From the NCBI RefSeq assembly GCF_035594765.1, contig NC_085845.1, forward strand, positions 33,164,024 to 33,228,023: DNA of 64,000 nt, given 5' to 3'. The notes beneath the pieces are model-generated. The model saw nothing but the letters and a program-made list of their open reading frames with translations, was not told the DNA's origin and ran no database searches. Shown here piece after piece: positions 37,773 to 52,931 of the stretch. Every line of letters starts with the position of its first letter. Positions within the stretch are counted from its first letter, which is position 1. The translations under genes were made by a program, and so were the position numbers. Source of the stretch: Anolis carolinensis. Its lineage: Eukaryota.

Positions 37773-38842
37773 ACTGGAGCATTGTGCAGATACATATTGG
37801 GTCAGTTCACATATACTGTAATGCTAAACTAGATTTCAGGTGAACGCTGGGTTGTTGTTTATGATCTTGGTGCTCATCCAGACTACTGGATCCCTTCTGC
37901 TGCATTCCAGTGTGTTTTAATATGTGGCCCAGTCTAGAAAGCTAATACGTGCAGTGGCCTTGTGATAATAATCCAGAATTCTAACAATCAAATACATTCA
38001 CTGCATGCACACCATTCATGATAAGTTTTGTCACTAAGCACTACTTGCATACTTAGGGATAACATGTTTGGTGGAACAAAATCTTCAATCTCAAATATAG
38101 TGTTTGATTTTCCCCATATAAATGCAAGGTAATTATTTATGTTGGAGAATATAAAAATTATTGTTGTTATGCACTATCAAGCCTACTTCAGTTTGTTGTA
38201 ATCCTATGACATCCAAGAAGTCCTATTATTAAGAGACCTGCTCAGATCTTGCAAACTGTGTTAAAATGAAAACAACTTAATGTGTATATGTATGTATACA
38301 CTGACCTCATGTATAAGTTGACAGGATGTCTTGAGGCCAAAATTATGGGTGTTGATATGATCTGTAGATAAGTCGAGGGCCATTCCACTGAGAAGGGAAA
38401 GCACCAATACTGCCTTAGGCAGTCAACCATCACTACTGCCACCATTTCCCTGCCAAAGCATTCAGCCTGGTTCTACACTGCCGTAGAATCCAGTTCAAAG
38501 CAGATAATCTGGATCAGAAAATGGATTACATGGTAGTGTACATGGGGCAACAGAAAGGCCAGAAGTTGTGCCACAGTGTAATGAGTGAAGGAAATTGGTG
38601 CTTGTTTTAGGGTCTCCCAGAATGGACTAACCTCTTGCCTTTTGCTATTCTTCTCAAAGAAAGGGATTATTCTTTTTCCAATAAGAGTCAAGGTACAGTA
38701 TTCACATTGACTTATGATAAGTCGATCCTAGATTTTTTGGATGGATTTTGACTAAAGTTCTAGACTTCTACATATATGATAATTACATCAGACAATGTTA
38801 AACCAACATACTTAAAACCAACCTTCATTGTATCTTCATAGT

Positions 38843-39138
38843 GGAGCCCCCGGTGGCCAAGGGGATAAAAGCCTCGTAACTTGAAGGTTGGGTTGCTGAC
38901 CTGAAAGCTGCCAGGTTCGAATCCCACCCGGGGAGAGTGCGGATGAGCTCCCTCTATCAGCTCCAGCTCCATGCGGGGACATGAGAGAAACCTCCCACAA
39001 GGATGATAAAACATCAAAACATCCGGGCGTCCCCTGGGCAACGTCCTTGCAGACGGCCAATTCTCTCACTCCAGAAGCAACTCCAGTTGCTCCTGACACG
39101 AAAAAATTAAATTAAATTAAATTAAATTAAAAAAAAAA
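38843..39138 (+). mobile_element. tRNA-derived SINE with CCTGACACG tail
   Basis: Full-length; A-rich tail expanded to (AAATT)n; TSD-like ATCTTCA. Confidence 0.88.
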
Positions 39139-41277
39139 TCTTCAGTCTTTCTACTATAACTTCTATCACTGTGTTCTGCTAAAGTTTTGCAAAGGACAAC
39201 TTCCCCCCAAAGAGATCTCAATATAAAAAGAATCCAAGCCTAGAAAAATAAATATGCAGAATTTTTGAGTTATGATATGTAGTCCTAATAAATTGTTAGT
39301 TCTCAACTATCTTGAAGCATATTCTCCATAATACCCAACTGGGTTCTGAACTAGATCCAGACAGATTTAGATGAATCAATGGATTTGATTTTCCTAGTTC
39401 TGGGAGTGGCTAAATACGTTATTTAGGATGTGAAGTTTAGAATGGCTACTGTCCATGTTGGCAAAAATTGTAGGCTGAACCCTGTGGGAGCACCAGGTTG
39501 GAATAAATTGAATATTCATCTTCCTTTGACTTCTCTGTACTCCAGTAATAATGAGATTTTCATCTTCTTTGGTCTCTGACTGGTAAGGAAAACTGGATGA
39601 ATCACTGAACGTGAAATCCCTTTGTAAACATTCTTAATAAATTAATTGGTTTACCAATGCAAGTTGTACTCACCTCTAATGAAATATCTGTAACTTTCTA
39701 TTTATATAGATATAGAACAAGCTTTATTTTCAGTGTGTTCCATTTAACAGAAGCAAAACATATATTTATATAACTAGCTATGTATGACCTTTTATGAAAA
39801 GAGTTTTTCTGCTCTTCAGCTTTTTTCTTCCTTTTTAAGAGAAATTTAGTGATAAAACAGATGGTGAGAGGGTTGCTTATAAAACTTGAAAATAGTTTTA
39901 TCAGAATTATTTATTTATGGCTTTAACTGTATGTTCTTGGAATACCAAAAAGGTGTTTTAAATAGCCAAGAACATAAGATTTATATATACAGGGGAAGTT
40001 AAGCCATAACCCTCAATACTTTTTTTGCTTATTAACTGCAGAATATTAAGTTTTACTTAAGGGAAAGAGTTTGATTATATTGATATCAAATATACTATAC
40101 AACATTAACAAGAATTTCAGATTCGTTATTCAGGTTAATCATGGTATTTTACAGTTATGGAATGCATATATATTGTCCCTGCTTCAGATGTAATAGAGCT
40201 GAGTGCTTCCTACACATATTCACATAATTGTATTCTTTGTTACATAAGCAGTTCAGTCCAGGCAAATAATAGTTAACATGCACTCTGTATGTAAATGCAA
40301 GTTTAATTTTTTAAATATCCCATTAAGTTACATATCCTTGATCTGCTCATTTTAAAGGCAGTATAAAACTTTTCCTTCATTGCAAATCCTAGTTACGAGC
40401 CAGTCAAAGATGAGAGCATTCAAAATTATATTAATTTCACAGACAGAATTAAGTGCTTAAGTGCTTACTTGAGTGATTCACACTGAAATCAATGGAATTA
40501 AGAAAAATGTTTTAACTTTTGCTTCCAATTTGGAATGTGGAATATATATGGAGAAATCTGTAATATTGCATATTACACAAATACATGATGGTCCCATTCA
40601 AATAGATAATTTGGGGATCCTGGTGGGGTCTGTATGGTTGTTCTCACCTATCCATTTTGTATGGAAGACATAGGAAACTGTTGCTTGCATTTTTTTTAAA
40701 AAAAACCTACAATTCTGCATAACGTACAAACTTAAGAAAATGTCATTCTAACTTAAGGTAATTAAAACAATCCAGGCTTCCATTTTCAGATCCTGGTCTA
40801 ATCAGTTTTATATGAAACTATCATTTCATAAGTTCATTATAAAATCACAGCTTACCTTTTCACTCTTGTCTTTGCCCACAAGGGAGGGAAGAAAAGGATG
40901 CCATCTTGCCAGGGCTTCACCTAAAACATTATTTAGGAACCGATAGTCTGGATTTTATTGGTGTGTTTGCTCCATTTAAGAACATATGTATACTTATTTT
41001 ATCATGCAACAATACAGTGTAGTCAATGATCACAAATGATGTTTTTTTAAAAAAACAGAAGTGGACACTGGCATAGCAACATAACTATCCATTTAAGCAG
41101 GATATTAAAGATGCGGCAAAGTGCATACTGTGATTTAAATATCAAAATGTGGCTTGGAGATATATTCTGAAACACTACAATGTTTACCTGTTTTATGAAG
41201 GCATTGAATGTATGCCGTTGAGTGTTGGAATCCGCCCTGAGCCTCTTCGGGAAGATAGGGCAGAACAGAAATAAAAT

Positions 41278-41309
<32 letters not shown>

Positions 41310-42940
41310 ATACAAAAGAAGCCATATTACATTGCAGAGTAGAATCCAAATTAAAAATCTTTTTAAACCTTAGTGCATTTAAAGCTAATGCATTTCATTA
41401 AAGATGTTAACAGTGCCTGATGCAATACCACTTTATTAGTAGTAGTACAGAAGGTGTCCACATCAGCAAAATAATACATGGGATGTGAATGTTATCAATT
41501 GAAAAAATGTGTGCATCTCAACAATGTTATTGTTCTAGTCGGTATATCACATTCATTAATGAAATATTTAAGAGGAAGTCTGCACATATTCAGCATCTTT
41601 ATTATGCTTATATTTGAACAGCTTATGAAAAATATCACCATCAACAGCTGCTACTCATAATGGCTATGAATTACTTCCAGCATAAAAAAAAACTATGCCC
41701 TCTAGTATCATTTAATAAGGACCACAACCAAGAAAATGCCATATTATTCATGCCCTTCTTGGGGGCCTCCCACAGACATCTGTGTACGGTGGGAGGTACA
41801 GAATGTCCCACAGATGATGTAGCATAGCTTTTAAAATAGTTTTTACTATATCAGTATACTAACTAGGAACTTAAGGAATTGTGTGGACATCTCTTTAGCT
41901 AGGATAATCTCAGTGTACAGTGGCATCAAAGGGATGCAAGTGTCAGTAAATATTTGTCCTCCATGCAATATTGCTGAAGGAAAGTAGTCACACTGCAGTA
42001 ATTACCAACTCCAGGAGAAGAGTTGTCATGGAGTGAAAGGATCAGTACTTTGAACACTGCAGAGCTAGAAACCAGCACTAAGGACTCTGAATGCAGTAAT
42101 GGAGCCAAGAACACTTGAGTCTGAATGAGCCACATTCACTCTGCTTCTTCAGTGCTTTTAAATTCTGGAGTGCTTGGGGAACAAAAGAATCTAACACCAG
42201 TAACCAAAGAGGAAATCGTTCTCATGTTCCCTGATGTTCAGGTTTCTTGGCAGCATGGCGTTCTAACAATAGATTTGTGAGTAAATTGTTTTGGACTTCC
42301 CTTTCTAGTGTTTGACATTTAAAAGACAAATTATAGCATTTGTTTGGCCTATTATGTATTTCATTTTTGCCTAAAATTTGAGTCTTTTGAGAGACTTGCC
42401 CTAACATTTGCATTCACCAGCAATCCCTGTTCTCGCTCCTTCCCACTATAAAGAAATCATATGCCAGCAAACCTCTATTTACTTGGAATTAAGGTTCACC
42501 AAGCACAATCTTACCCCTGAAAGGTTGTATATGATGATTCAAGAACAGTTGCATTAAAAATACAACTGAGGAGGACCTCCCACCAACAGTCATTAATTAC
42601 TATAGATAATAATATATATGCCAGAAATTTACTGGAGAGAGTATTACTGGAGAATTGATGAGATAATATTTGGAATTGCCGAAAAGGTTTAACATGATGC
42701 AGATCATCTAGCCTCGTTGTAGGGTTACATATTCCTCCACCCTATCTTCCCATTCTCTTGTGGGTTTGATAGAAGGAGATTGCAGAAGCTTTTTCTTCCA
42801 ACTTTACTTAAACACATTTTTATGTAACCAAAACCTAGCAAACTCCATAAGCGCTAGTTATTTTCATAAAAGCCAACTTCAAATGGCACTAATGTTAACA
42901 CATGATAAGGTTAACATAACATCAGAGTAGTTAATGCTAA

Positions 42941-43200
42941 GGAGCCCCCAGTGGTGCAATGAGTTAAACTCATGTGTTAGCAGGACTGCTGACTGAAAGG
43001 TCAGTGGTTTGAATCTGGGGAGCGGGGTGAGCTCCCATCTGTCAGTTCCAGCTTCCCATATGTGTACATGAGAGAAAGCTCCCACAGGATGGTAAAACAT
43101 CTGGGTGTCCCCTGGGCAACATCCTTGCAGACGGCCAGTTCTCTCACACCAGAAGTGATTTGCAGTTTCTCAAGTCGCTCCTGACATGAAAAAAAAATAA
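42941..43200 (+). mobile_element. tRNA-derived SINE (CCTGACA(C/T)G tail)
   Basis: Homologous to 38843-39138; 10-bp TSD TTAATGCTAA. Confidence 0.85.
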
Positions 43201-44910
43201 CCTTAATGCTAACATTAGTTCTGGGTTCAGAACTATACCACAAGGGATAATTAACCAAATGGGGAAATTGCAAGCTGCCCAACTCTTTTTTTCATTTGTG
43301 CAAGAGGAAGGGGAGATATAAGGTTTATCCTCTGCTATGGTCACCAAATGTGCAGGTTTTCTAACCCTTGGTCCACTAATTGTGGGATTTTCCACCCTGG
43401 CAATGCCACCAGTGCTACTAACTGTAAAGGTGCTCCCAAGTAATCCTACCACTGTGACCAAATGCAAGGCTTCTACCATTTAATCCACAAAATCCGAAGT
43501 TTCCCATGGTAAACACTGCAGTTATCAAGGATGTGGGCTTTCCCTAATCCTCACCTCTACCACAACGTCCCACCTGTGTGACATCCATTGTAAGGACCAT
43601 TTAAATGCTCATGGGATACATGTGTCATCAGTAGATATTACCATCTATATTCAGTGTTTCCATCAGAGATACTTTCTCAGAATACAAATTCTCAGATAGA
43701 TGGTGTTTCCAGAAGGCAAAGGTGTTTTAAAAAAAAAACAAATATTTATTTACAAACAGCAGAATCAAAGCAACATATTAATTACACCACATATCTTTTT
43801 CCACACTCCACGCAAGCTAACATAGAACTTTTACCAACCACTCAATTCCAACTCCCTTTTCTCACTCCAGCCCTTGTCTAACTACAACACTTCTCAACCT
43901 TTTTTCTACCTAGTCATTTCTTTAACTGAGCTTCCTTCTGGAGTGCTTAACTGTCACTCGCCAGCCTCATGCAAATCTCAAACATTCAACCAATTGACAT
44001 TCACTTCAACACCTCATTCTCCCCTCCCTCTTTTTCTTCATATTCTAATTTGCAATCCATAAATCAAGTAACATTTTCAAATACAAACCTGTGACATCAC
44101 AGGGGAGCTCTGTGCACTTGGCAAGAAGCAAGAATTATTGATGTCTTGCTGAATAATTTAATGTCATGCTCAAATGAGGTCTATTTATTAAAATAACTGG
44201 AACATCTGCTGGGCAGCTTTTTCATAACTTGTATTGACAACTGGTTTTTTTGTTTTTTTTTTAAAGAAAATAATCTTTCAGTTCTGCTGTTGGTTATATT
44301 TAAGTTATAGAACCTGACTGAACAGTTTAATTATACACACTAACCTTTTTTCAAAACCCTTTATTTTTTGCATATATAAATTCACTGATCTCTGTATGTA
44401 GAACTTCAGTGCTCTTGACAGACCTGATGATATGGAAAACACATTTGATATATCAAATTTACTCATTGTATTTGTTTTAGCCATAGGCTATAAACATTAC
44501 AAATGTAACCATCAATAAAATTGAATAAAGTAAGCAGCGATAAGAGAACAAATAATACCGAGATCCAAAACATATGGTATTATTTTCAGAATTTGAGTTG
44601 GACGTTGCCACTGTTTTTGCCTAAAGCAAGATTTCAAAGTGAATTTGGAGGTTTCTGCCTTCTCAAAGCATCACAGAAATTTTGAAAGATACACTGAGTA
44701 CAGTAAGATTAACACTGTTTCTCAGGAGGGTTTAACATATCCCTAATAGTAGTTATTTCCTCTACAATAAAGCCACACAGTCTTATTTGTAATGTGTAAG
44801 GCTGAAGCTATTGTGTCTTATATTGGTCAGTGGCTTCTTCAGGGTGATACCGAAGTGAATACGTGTAGCCATTGAACAATCTTTTTAATATAACACATTA
44901 AGTAGCAGTA

Positions 44911-45402
44911 TTTATTTATTTACAGTATTTATATTCTGCCCTCACCCCGAATGGGACTCAGGGTGTATCACAATGCACATATACATGGCAAACATTCAAT
45001 GCCATTGGACATAGAATATATATTGACAGACACAGAGGCAATTTAACATTCCAGCTTCCAGCTTCATGAGGGTATGCTCGATTCCAGCCACAGGGGGAGC
45101 TGCTGCTTCACCGTCCACTTGTGACTTGAGTCCTTGATGGAGTACTTCTCCATTCTTCCGCATGCTGCTGGAAGGTTTTATGGTGTCTTAAATTGGCTAA
45201 AATTCGCCTCCCTGAATAAAACAGTACCTACATTTCCTACTCCACAGATTCAACTGTCTTTCAGGCTGCATAGGTCAACAGCAAGCTAGACTATTAATGG
45301 TCAGGAGCTTAGTCTGACCCAGGCTGGCTTCGAACTCATGACCTCTTGGTCAGTAGTGATTTATTGCAGCTGGCTACTAACCAGCTGCGCCACAGCCCAG
45401 AC
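44911..45402 (-). mobile_element. L2-tailed SINE (long variant)
   Basis: Shares head and 3' tail with 24371-24598 and internal sequence with 50033-50510. Confidence 0.8.
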
Positions 45403-48400
45403 TTAGTGGAGAGCTATCCCATTAACATTCTGCTCATTTGGCATTCAAGAACAGGGGTTAATATTCCTGCTCCCACTTTCCTCTTCGAAAATGTGGCTGT
45501 ATTTGCATTTACCCACCAGTGAGAAGCAGAAGGGACGTCTTCTAAAATGAGTGGATCAGCAATTAAATTAACTACTTAAAGGGGTTGTTGGGATCTCTTT
45601 TCCTCAAAATCTTCAAAAAGAGGCTAGAGAGCTTCCTGCTGGGGGAAGTTCCTCCAAGGAGTAGATGATTGGACTTGATGGCCCCTATGAAACCCCTTCC
45701 AACTCTATGATCCTATTATTTCCTTGTGATGTTACCTTCCTTTTAATTTACCATTCCAATTTAATATCCTGAAAATCTGTACAATGTGATATATTGTGGC
45801 TGTCATACTTCTGTTAGAGATGCATCACCTCTCTCACACACACATCACTTTTTAAACACCAACAACTAGGAGGTGGGTGATTATATGTATAAAGTAAGTT
45901 GAGGTGCCAATAAAAGCAACTAATCTCTTCACTGATCTATGAAGGACAGTTCAGATTACCTCTTGTTGGGGAAAGGAGGATAGCTTGGAACCATGTCGTC
46001 CCCATGGTGATAATTCAGTGCGGCTGAACTGGTTTCATCCTGAGTGGACTTCCTGAACTTTTCCCCTGTGGTGGGCTGGTGTGGATTATTTGAACTCCAT
46101 GGAGTCTGTGGTCAATCTGATGCATTTCTTCTTTGGACTGATGTGAGATTTTTGTGTAGGTATAAATGAGCTTCCAGTCTTGCCTGTCGGAACTATGATG
46201 TGCATCATGAATAAATGGGAGTTAATATGCTAGCTGGCCAAGATTCCAATTCACTATTGCATCTCCATGCTCATGAATAGGCTTAATTAATATACAACCT
46301 CGCAGATCAAATCATGGTTCACAAGCAACCATAGAGTTTCTGATTTATATGTAACAGTAAGCCATGGAAGACCAAGAAGAAAGGAAATGTGGTCTAAGAA
46401 TTGTTGAAGGAAGCTCAAGACTTCTTCACTTAATAGCAAACCAAGCTTTAATGTTGCGTATGTTTGACACTCTCCATCAAAACAGCCTCTTCTGTTATCT
46501 GATTCTGTTGTCTCCTATTGAATTTTTTATTGATCCTACTCAGTTTCTATACTGAATAGTACAGAAAAAATATTTTTGGAATATAGTTTCCAGGTCAGCC
46601 GTGGGATTCTGGAAACACTACTTCAAAAGTAATGTTTCCAAGCCCTGTAGTAGAGCGTTGTGTATGCACGTTGTGTGTTTAATTTGATGTTGGGCGAGAT
46701 TCAGTGCTTAAATTTACTGCTTACAGTGAACAATTTAAGGTCATTAAAATAATAAAATGTGATAGATGTGACACTTAAAACCTCCTGAAACTAGTATGTG
46801 AAAAGTGCAATCCACCATATTTGTCTGACTGTTGGTCATAGTCAGTATAGCCAATGGTGAGGGATGCTGGGAGGTATTGTTCAGCATTGTCTGGAGTGTT
46901 ACATTTTGCTATCCTGGACCCCTGCAGGAAAATAAAATTGCTGAACGAAAACTGCAGATAGGCTCATGCTCTCGGGGATGAAGTTCAGCTTGGATGTCTT
47001 AATTTTATGGTAGAGTGTTGTGACTTGTTGTTTTGACCTCTATCTGTATTATAAGCTACCTAATGACAAAAAACAATGACAATAACACATTCTTTGTGCC
47101 ATGTAGCAATTGCACATGATTCTTATTTGAGCCCTGAGAGCCATAATCTGATTAGTTAATGAGTTCACATTTCATAGCACTTTGAAATTTGTCTGTTTGT
47201 AGCAGATATAAGGTCAAAGATGAGAGTGTCCAGGAAAATTGAAATGCTACCCACTGTTTTTATTATCTGTTTTTAATGTCTACTTTGGCCATTTGTTATT
47301 TTATATTGTGACTTTCGATCTGGCAACATAAACTGCTGTAGGTCATTTGCTGGCAACGGTTGATATATTGCAGATGTCTTCAAACTTGGCAGTCTGCAGA
47401 TGTATTAGATTACAGCAGGTAAATGCTCCTCCTTCACCATAGTTGATACCAGCTTGGAGTAATGGGATTTGGAGTCTACCACATCTGCGGTGTGCTGGAC
47501 TAGAAACATTAGTGCTATTGAGATTCACAGGTGAGGGAGTTTATATTTGAAATGTGCATTCCAAATATCTGGTTAATCACAGTTGACTATTCCTGTTCCA
47601 GAAACTAGAAAACACCTTCAGGAAAAACGCAGTGCAGTCTTCTGCACTCAGTTTTGTATATACATAATATTGTGTATATAAGCACAATATTTGTGATGTA
47701 AGAAAGTGATGTAAGGATGGCTGTTGACATTTTTGGAATTGGGGCAGGAAGAGTGACTGAAACCAAGACCAAAAACTGTCTTCACTGCACCACAGCCAAT
47801 TTCACCAGGTTTGGTAATACTCTTTCTGAAATATCTGCATTATATCTTGTTGCTCTTTCAAAAACCTGAATTCCTCGAGAACTGAAAAATAACAAGTAAT
47901 AGACTTTTACTGCTATAATAGGGGTTATTTTGTTTTGTTTTGTTTGTTTATTTTCTGTTCCTAATGATATCTCTGAAGTATAAAAATCTGAAGTTAAACT
48001 GCTAGAAATGTTTTATGATCTGGAAAGCAGGTGGATACATACATACACAATGAATCCTGAGTCTAGTTTTCTCTGCATTATCCTTTCGAAATAGTGCAGA
48101 TAAAAATATGTAAGTTATCCTATGCCATAAACTCTGTGAAACTGGAAGTTTTTATTGTTTTGGAAAAAAGATGTTTTCTAGCCAGTGCCTTTCTCCCCAG
48201 GCTAAGCATAGTTTCAAAACTAGAATATCTAAATGACTGGCCAAGATCTCCAAATTCTATTGAATCCATTAGGCACTTAGATCCTTGTAGGACTTGACCC
48301 AGAAAAGCAGATGGAGATAAAGGCAGATGGAAAGAAATCTAGATAAAAGTCAAAGTCAGAACAAAGAATCAGATAAAACCAGTTTAAATCTTGAAGATTT

Positions 48401-50032
48401 AAGCATTCTATAATTGTTCCCCAAGCTAAAATTCCTTATCTATTTAGGTATTTTAATGCTACTGTGCAAAGAGGCATCATTCTATTCCAGGCATCAGAAT
48501 TATGTGCCCTATTGGATCCAAGCTTGCCCCGGGAATAAATTGTATTAATGAGGAACAACAGACAAGTTAGGAGATGTTGTTGTCATTTGCTTTTGCCTGT
48601 GCCTACTGGGAAGAACAAGATTCTGTTCTCTCCTCTCCACTGCTGAATTAACTAAGTGGAAATTACTTTCATACACGGAACTCTATTTGCAGCAGTTGAA
48701 ACAAGATGAGGGACACTTCCACACATGGCAGAAATGCATGCCAAAGTGGATTTTTAAAACTCGCTTTGGCATGCATTTCTGTAGCTGGTGGTTTAACTCA
48801 CTGTACTAGCCATGGTATCAAATTAATTCAGGACAAAATAGGTTTACCTGATTTGTCCCAAATTAATTTCCTTTTGGGGCCTGTCTGGATTTGCCTGAGG
48901 ACAAAGAGGGAGAATAGGGTGAGAAAGAGAAAAAATGAGGCATTTTAAATAACAGTTGAAAAAGTGGAATAACAAATGATGTGTAATGCCTACTGAAATC
49001 ATTTAAGACTGCTTTTCAGTAGAGGGAAATACTGCATTGTTAGAAAGACTTTTAAAATTGGCATGCTCCAATAAGTGATCTTTGTTAAATACAGATTTGT
49101 TAATACAGAAAATTGTAATGGCTGCTTATACAGTTATCCAGAGAGTAAAAGCACTTCTGTATTCTGTTTCATTTTTCTCTAGGAAGTCATAAAGGACTTT
49201 TAGAGTGGGTAAATATTTACTTAGGAGCTGTTTGGAAAATTAAGCAGTAGGTAATCATATACATACTAGGTCTTAAAAGGATTGCACAATAGGGATTCAT
49301 TTGTTTTGTTGAGTTCTTAGAGGGCGGCTGTTTAGCATTTTGTATATATCACTGCCTGATTTTGATCATAGATATTATGTATGGAATGCGCACTTTCAGG
49401 CCATTGAGGAATACTGTGGAGTTTCTTCTTAAAAAAAAAAGTAGGACAGGAACAGAATACAACAGCTTTTATTGAACAGTCACATTACCTCATTTGCAAA
49501 AGTTCATGGAGGATTCCAGCGACATCTTATATTTGCAACCCTCCTGTGAGTGCCTACTGCTTCTTCCATGATTTTTCCCCTTATCATAAGAAAGTTGTTG
49601 TAAAGGGAAAAATCCCACAGTGCCATGTACTAACGAGTGATAGGAACTCTCTGCCTGTGAGAACACAATTTTTATAGTAGAGATATTTCTTTTCCCCACC
49701 ACATTAAATAACACTATGTAACACGATATTTGTTCCTGGGTTATAAATGTCATTTTGTAATTGGTTCTATCATAAAAACATGGGGAAAATTTATTAAACT
49801 GCAAAAATGTTTTTGCGAGACCCTGCAGCACATTTTGCTATAGTTTTTCAATGAATATCATGAGTCTCAATTCAACATCATTTGTAGCCACAAAAATGAA
49901 GGTTTTAGGGTATAACAACTACTTTTTAAAAATAAGCAAATACATTATCTCTTTGGTCCAGACTGGGGGCCGGAGGAGGGGGGGGGTTGCTTTAAAACGA
50001 GCCAAGATTTGAACCCATACACCTAAATCCCA

Positions 50033-50510
50033 TTTATTTATTTATTTACAGTATTTATATTCCACCCTTCTCACCCCGAAGGGGACTCAGGGCGGATCAC
50101 ATTGTACACTTATAAGGCAAACATTCAATGCCATATAACATAGAACAGACACAGAGACAGACACAGAGGCAATTTAAATCTTCTCCAGCTTCCAGCTTCC
50201 TTGATTCCAGCCACAGGGGGAGCAGCTGCTTCATCATCCACTGGGACGGCACTTCCTCATTCCAACAGCGGCTGGATGATTTTTATAGTGTCGTAAATTA
50301 GCCTCCCCACATATAAGTGGTACCTAAATTTCCTACTTGATAGATTCAACTATCTTTCAGGTTGCTTAGGTCAGCAACGAGCAGGGGCTATATTTTACTT
50401 TTAATTGTTGGGTGCTCACCCCAACACGGGCTGGCCTCAAACTCATTACCTCTTGGTCAGAGTGATTTATTGCAGCTGGCTGCTAACCAGCCTGCACCAC
50501 AGCCTGGCCC
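50033..50510 (-). mobile_element. L2-tailed SINE (long variant)
   Basis: Homologous to 44911-45402. Confidence 0.8.
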
Positions 50511-50594
50511 CAATCACCATACACTTGTTGAATCAATTGCTGAATGGTAGGTCAAGATAAATGTATTCATTTATTAATGGACGTAATTTGGTTG

Positions 50595-50840
50595 GGAGTC
50601 CCTGATGGTGCAGCAGGTTAAGCTGCTGAGCTGCTGAACTTGCTGACCGAAAGGCTGATAGTTCAAATCCGAAGAGTGAGGGGAGGTCCCACTGTTAGCC
50701 CCAGCTTCTGCCAACCTAGCAGTTCAAAAACATGCAAATGTGAGTAGATCAATAGGTACCGCTCCAGCAGGAAGGTAACGGTGCTCCATGTAGTCATGCT
50801 GGCCACATGGCCTTGGAGACATCTACGGAAAATGCAGGCT
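50595..50840 (+). mobile_element. Sauria SINE, 3'-truncated
   Basis: Head and body match 27948-28268; tail absent. Confidence 0.8.
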
Positions 50841-51535
50841 CAACCAGCCCAATATGCATGATCTAAGAAAAACGTCAGCACTGTCCCCCTTTTCACATGC
50901 ACATTTCCAATTCAATAAATACTGGTATTTGTGATCTGTTTTCCCATTGGAATTAAGTTTCAATTAGACTTTCCTACCCCCAGGGGAAAAATGCAAAATG
51001 CCAAAGATATAACTGAAACAAATGCAGAATTGACAAGAGGTTTTGGTTTATTATTATTTTTTGCTCATAGAGAGGGTATATTTTTGTTTATGAGAACACC
51101 TGTTATGTTGGCTTTCAGTCCTCTTCTTTTGTATGATGAAGTGGAGCTCCTACTGTTCCAACATTCTGTTGTCTCTGACTTGGCTTGCTCTGGTGAACTT
51201 GTTAATATTATAAGGCCAAATTAATTTCCCACAATTTGAAAGTGTGATTAAAAATCTTCTTTTTTAGAGTCCTCTGATAGCTAAAATATGTTTAAGGTTC
51301 AGTCCAAAATTCAAGTAAGCTGTAGAATAATGTTAGGAGTTTTGCAAGGGCTAGCAAACACTCAGTAATTGTGTTACTGCTTATGTTAGTTTGAGAATCA
51401 TACAGACAACTAAAGGTATCAAAGGAACCTCTCATATAAATATAGAGAGACTGGTGAAGTTGAATGAAAAAAAGTTGCATTGCTGATTTATCATTGATGT
51501 TCTTTATTTATATTCTATTCTCTTAATATGAGACC

Positions 51536-51839
51536 GGTGGCGGAGCGGGTTAAATCGCTGAGCTGTTGAACTTGCTGACCGAAAGGTCAGTGGTTCGAAT
51601 CCAGGGAGTGGGTGAGCTACCACTGTTAGCCCCAGCTTCTGCCAACTTAGCAGTTTGAAAACATGAGTAGATCAATAGGTGCTGCTTCAGCGGGAAAGTA
51701 ACGATGCTCCATGCAGTCATGCCGGCCACATGACCTTGGAGGCGTCTGAGGACAATGCTGGCTTTTCAGCTTAGAAATGGAAATGAGCACCACCCCCAAG
51801 TCAGACATGACTAGACTTGAAGTCAGGGGAAACCTTTCC
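51536..51839 (+). mobile_element. Sauria SINE
   Basis: Body and tail match the other copies; 14-bp TSD CTTAATATGAGACC. Confidence 0.85.
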
Positions 51840-52096
51840 CTTAATATGAGACCCAAATCAATGGTATATTGGTTTGTCAGTGGAAAAGAAGGAACAAAAT
51901 TTGTGAGGTGAAAATACATAACAGTGAATATTATTGATCCAAGCTGAGTGGCTGGAGCTAGAGACCCTTCCTTTAATTCCTTAAGTTTGTGATCTTGATT
52001 TGAGGAACAGCTCATGTCTCCAGGACAATTCTGCTTTTGTTTGTTTGGATGTGAATTCCTGATCGCAATGTTTGTTTTACTCACATTGCTCTACTA

Positions 52097-52505
52097 CCGT
52101 GTTTCCCCGAAAATATGACAGTGTCTTATATTAATTTTTGCTCCCAAAGATGCTCTAGGTCTTATTTTCAGGGGATGTTTTATTTTTCCATGAAGAAGAA
52201 TTCACATTTATTGTTGAACAAAAAATGAATGTTTATTATATACTCTACAGTAGTTGCCATCACAAACCAGCATAACCAGACAAACTGTGAATCCTATCAA
52301 GAATTTTTACGATTATTTCCATGTACAACACTGTATGGTATGTACATTTACCGATCCTGCATGCTCTGGTGTTCTGTTTGGCGGGTATGCTTCCAAACAT
52401 ACTTTGCTAGGTCTTACTTTCGGGGGAGGCCTTATATTTAGCAATTCAGAAAAACCTCTACTAGGTCTTATTTTCTGGGGATGTCTTATTTTAGGGGAAA
52501 CAGGG
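52097..52505. mobile_element. Tigger/pogo-like MITE
   Basis: TIRs CCGTGTTTCCCC / GGGGAAACAGGG, TA flanks, subterminal GTCTTATTTT repeats. Confidence 0.78.
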
Positions 52506-52608
52506 TACTTAGGAATCCAACTTCAGATTCTGGACCTGTGTTTTAAACATCTTTCAATATTTTTTCCTCACATAGATTGAAATTAACCACACCTCCAATT
52601 TACATATA

Positions 52609-52931
52609 CAGTAGAGTCTCACTTATCCAAGCTAAACGGGCCGGCAGAAGCTTGGATAAGCAAATATCTTGGATAATAAGGAGGGATTAAGGAAAAGCCT
52701 ATTGAACATCAAATTAGGTTATGATTTTACAAATTAAGCACCAAAACATCATGTTATACAACAAATTTGACAGGAAAAGTAGTTCAATGAGCAGTAATGT
52801 TATGTTGTAATTACTGTATTTATGAATTTAGTACCAAAATATCACAATATATTGAAAACATTGACTGCAAAAATGGCTTGGATAATCCAGAAGCTTGTAT
52901 AAGTGAGGCTTGGATAAGTGAGACTCTACTG
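52609..52931. mobile_element. Tigger-like MITE
   Basis: Same family as 3854-4176; TA TSD. Confidence 0.9.

Noticed and set aside
36864-37832. Second CpG island / alternative promoter or GC-rich ORFs
   Set aside because: The CpG-rich tract is exactly bounded by hAT TIRs and a perfect TSD; the ORFs are palindrome artefacts.
43300-44100. Possible LTR-element remnant (TGTGACATC repeated at ~43577 and ~44090)
   Set aside because: No convincing TSD or coding motif; boundaries could not be fixed.
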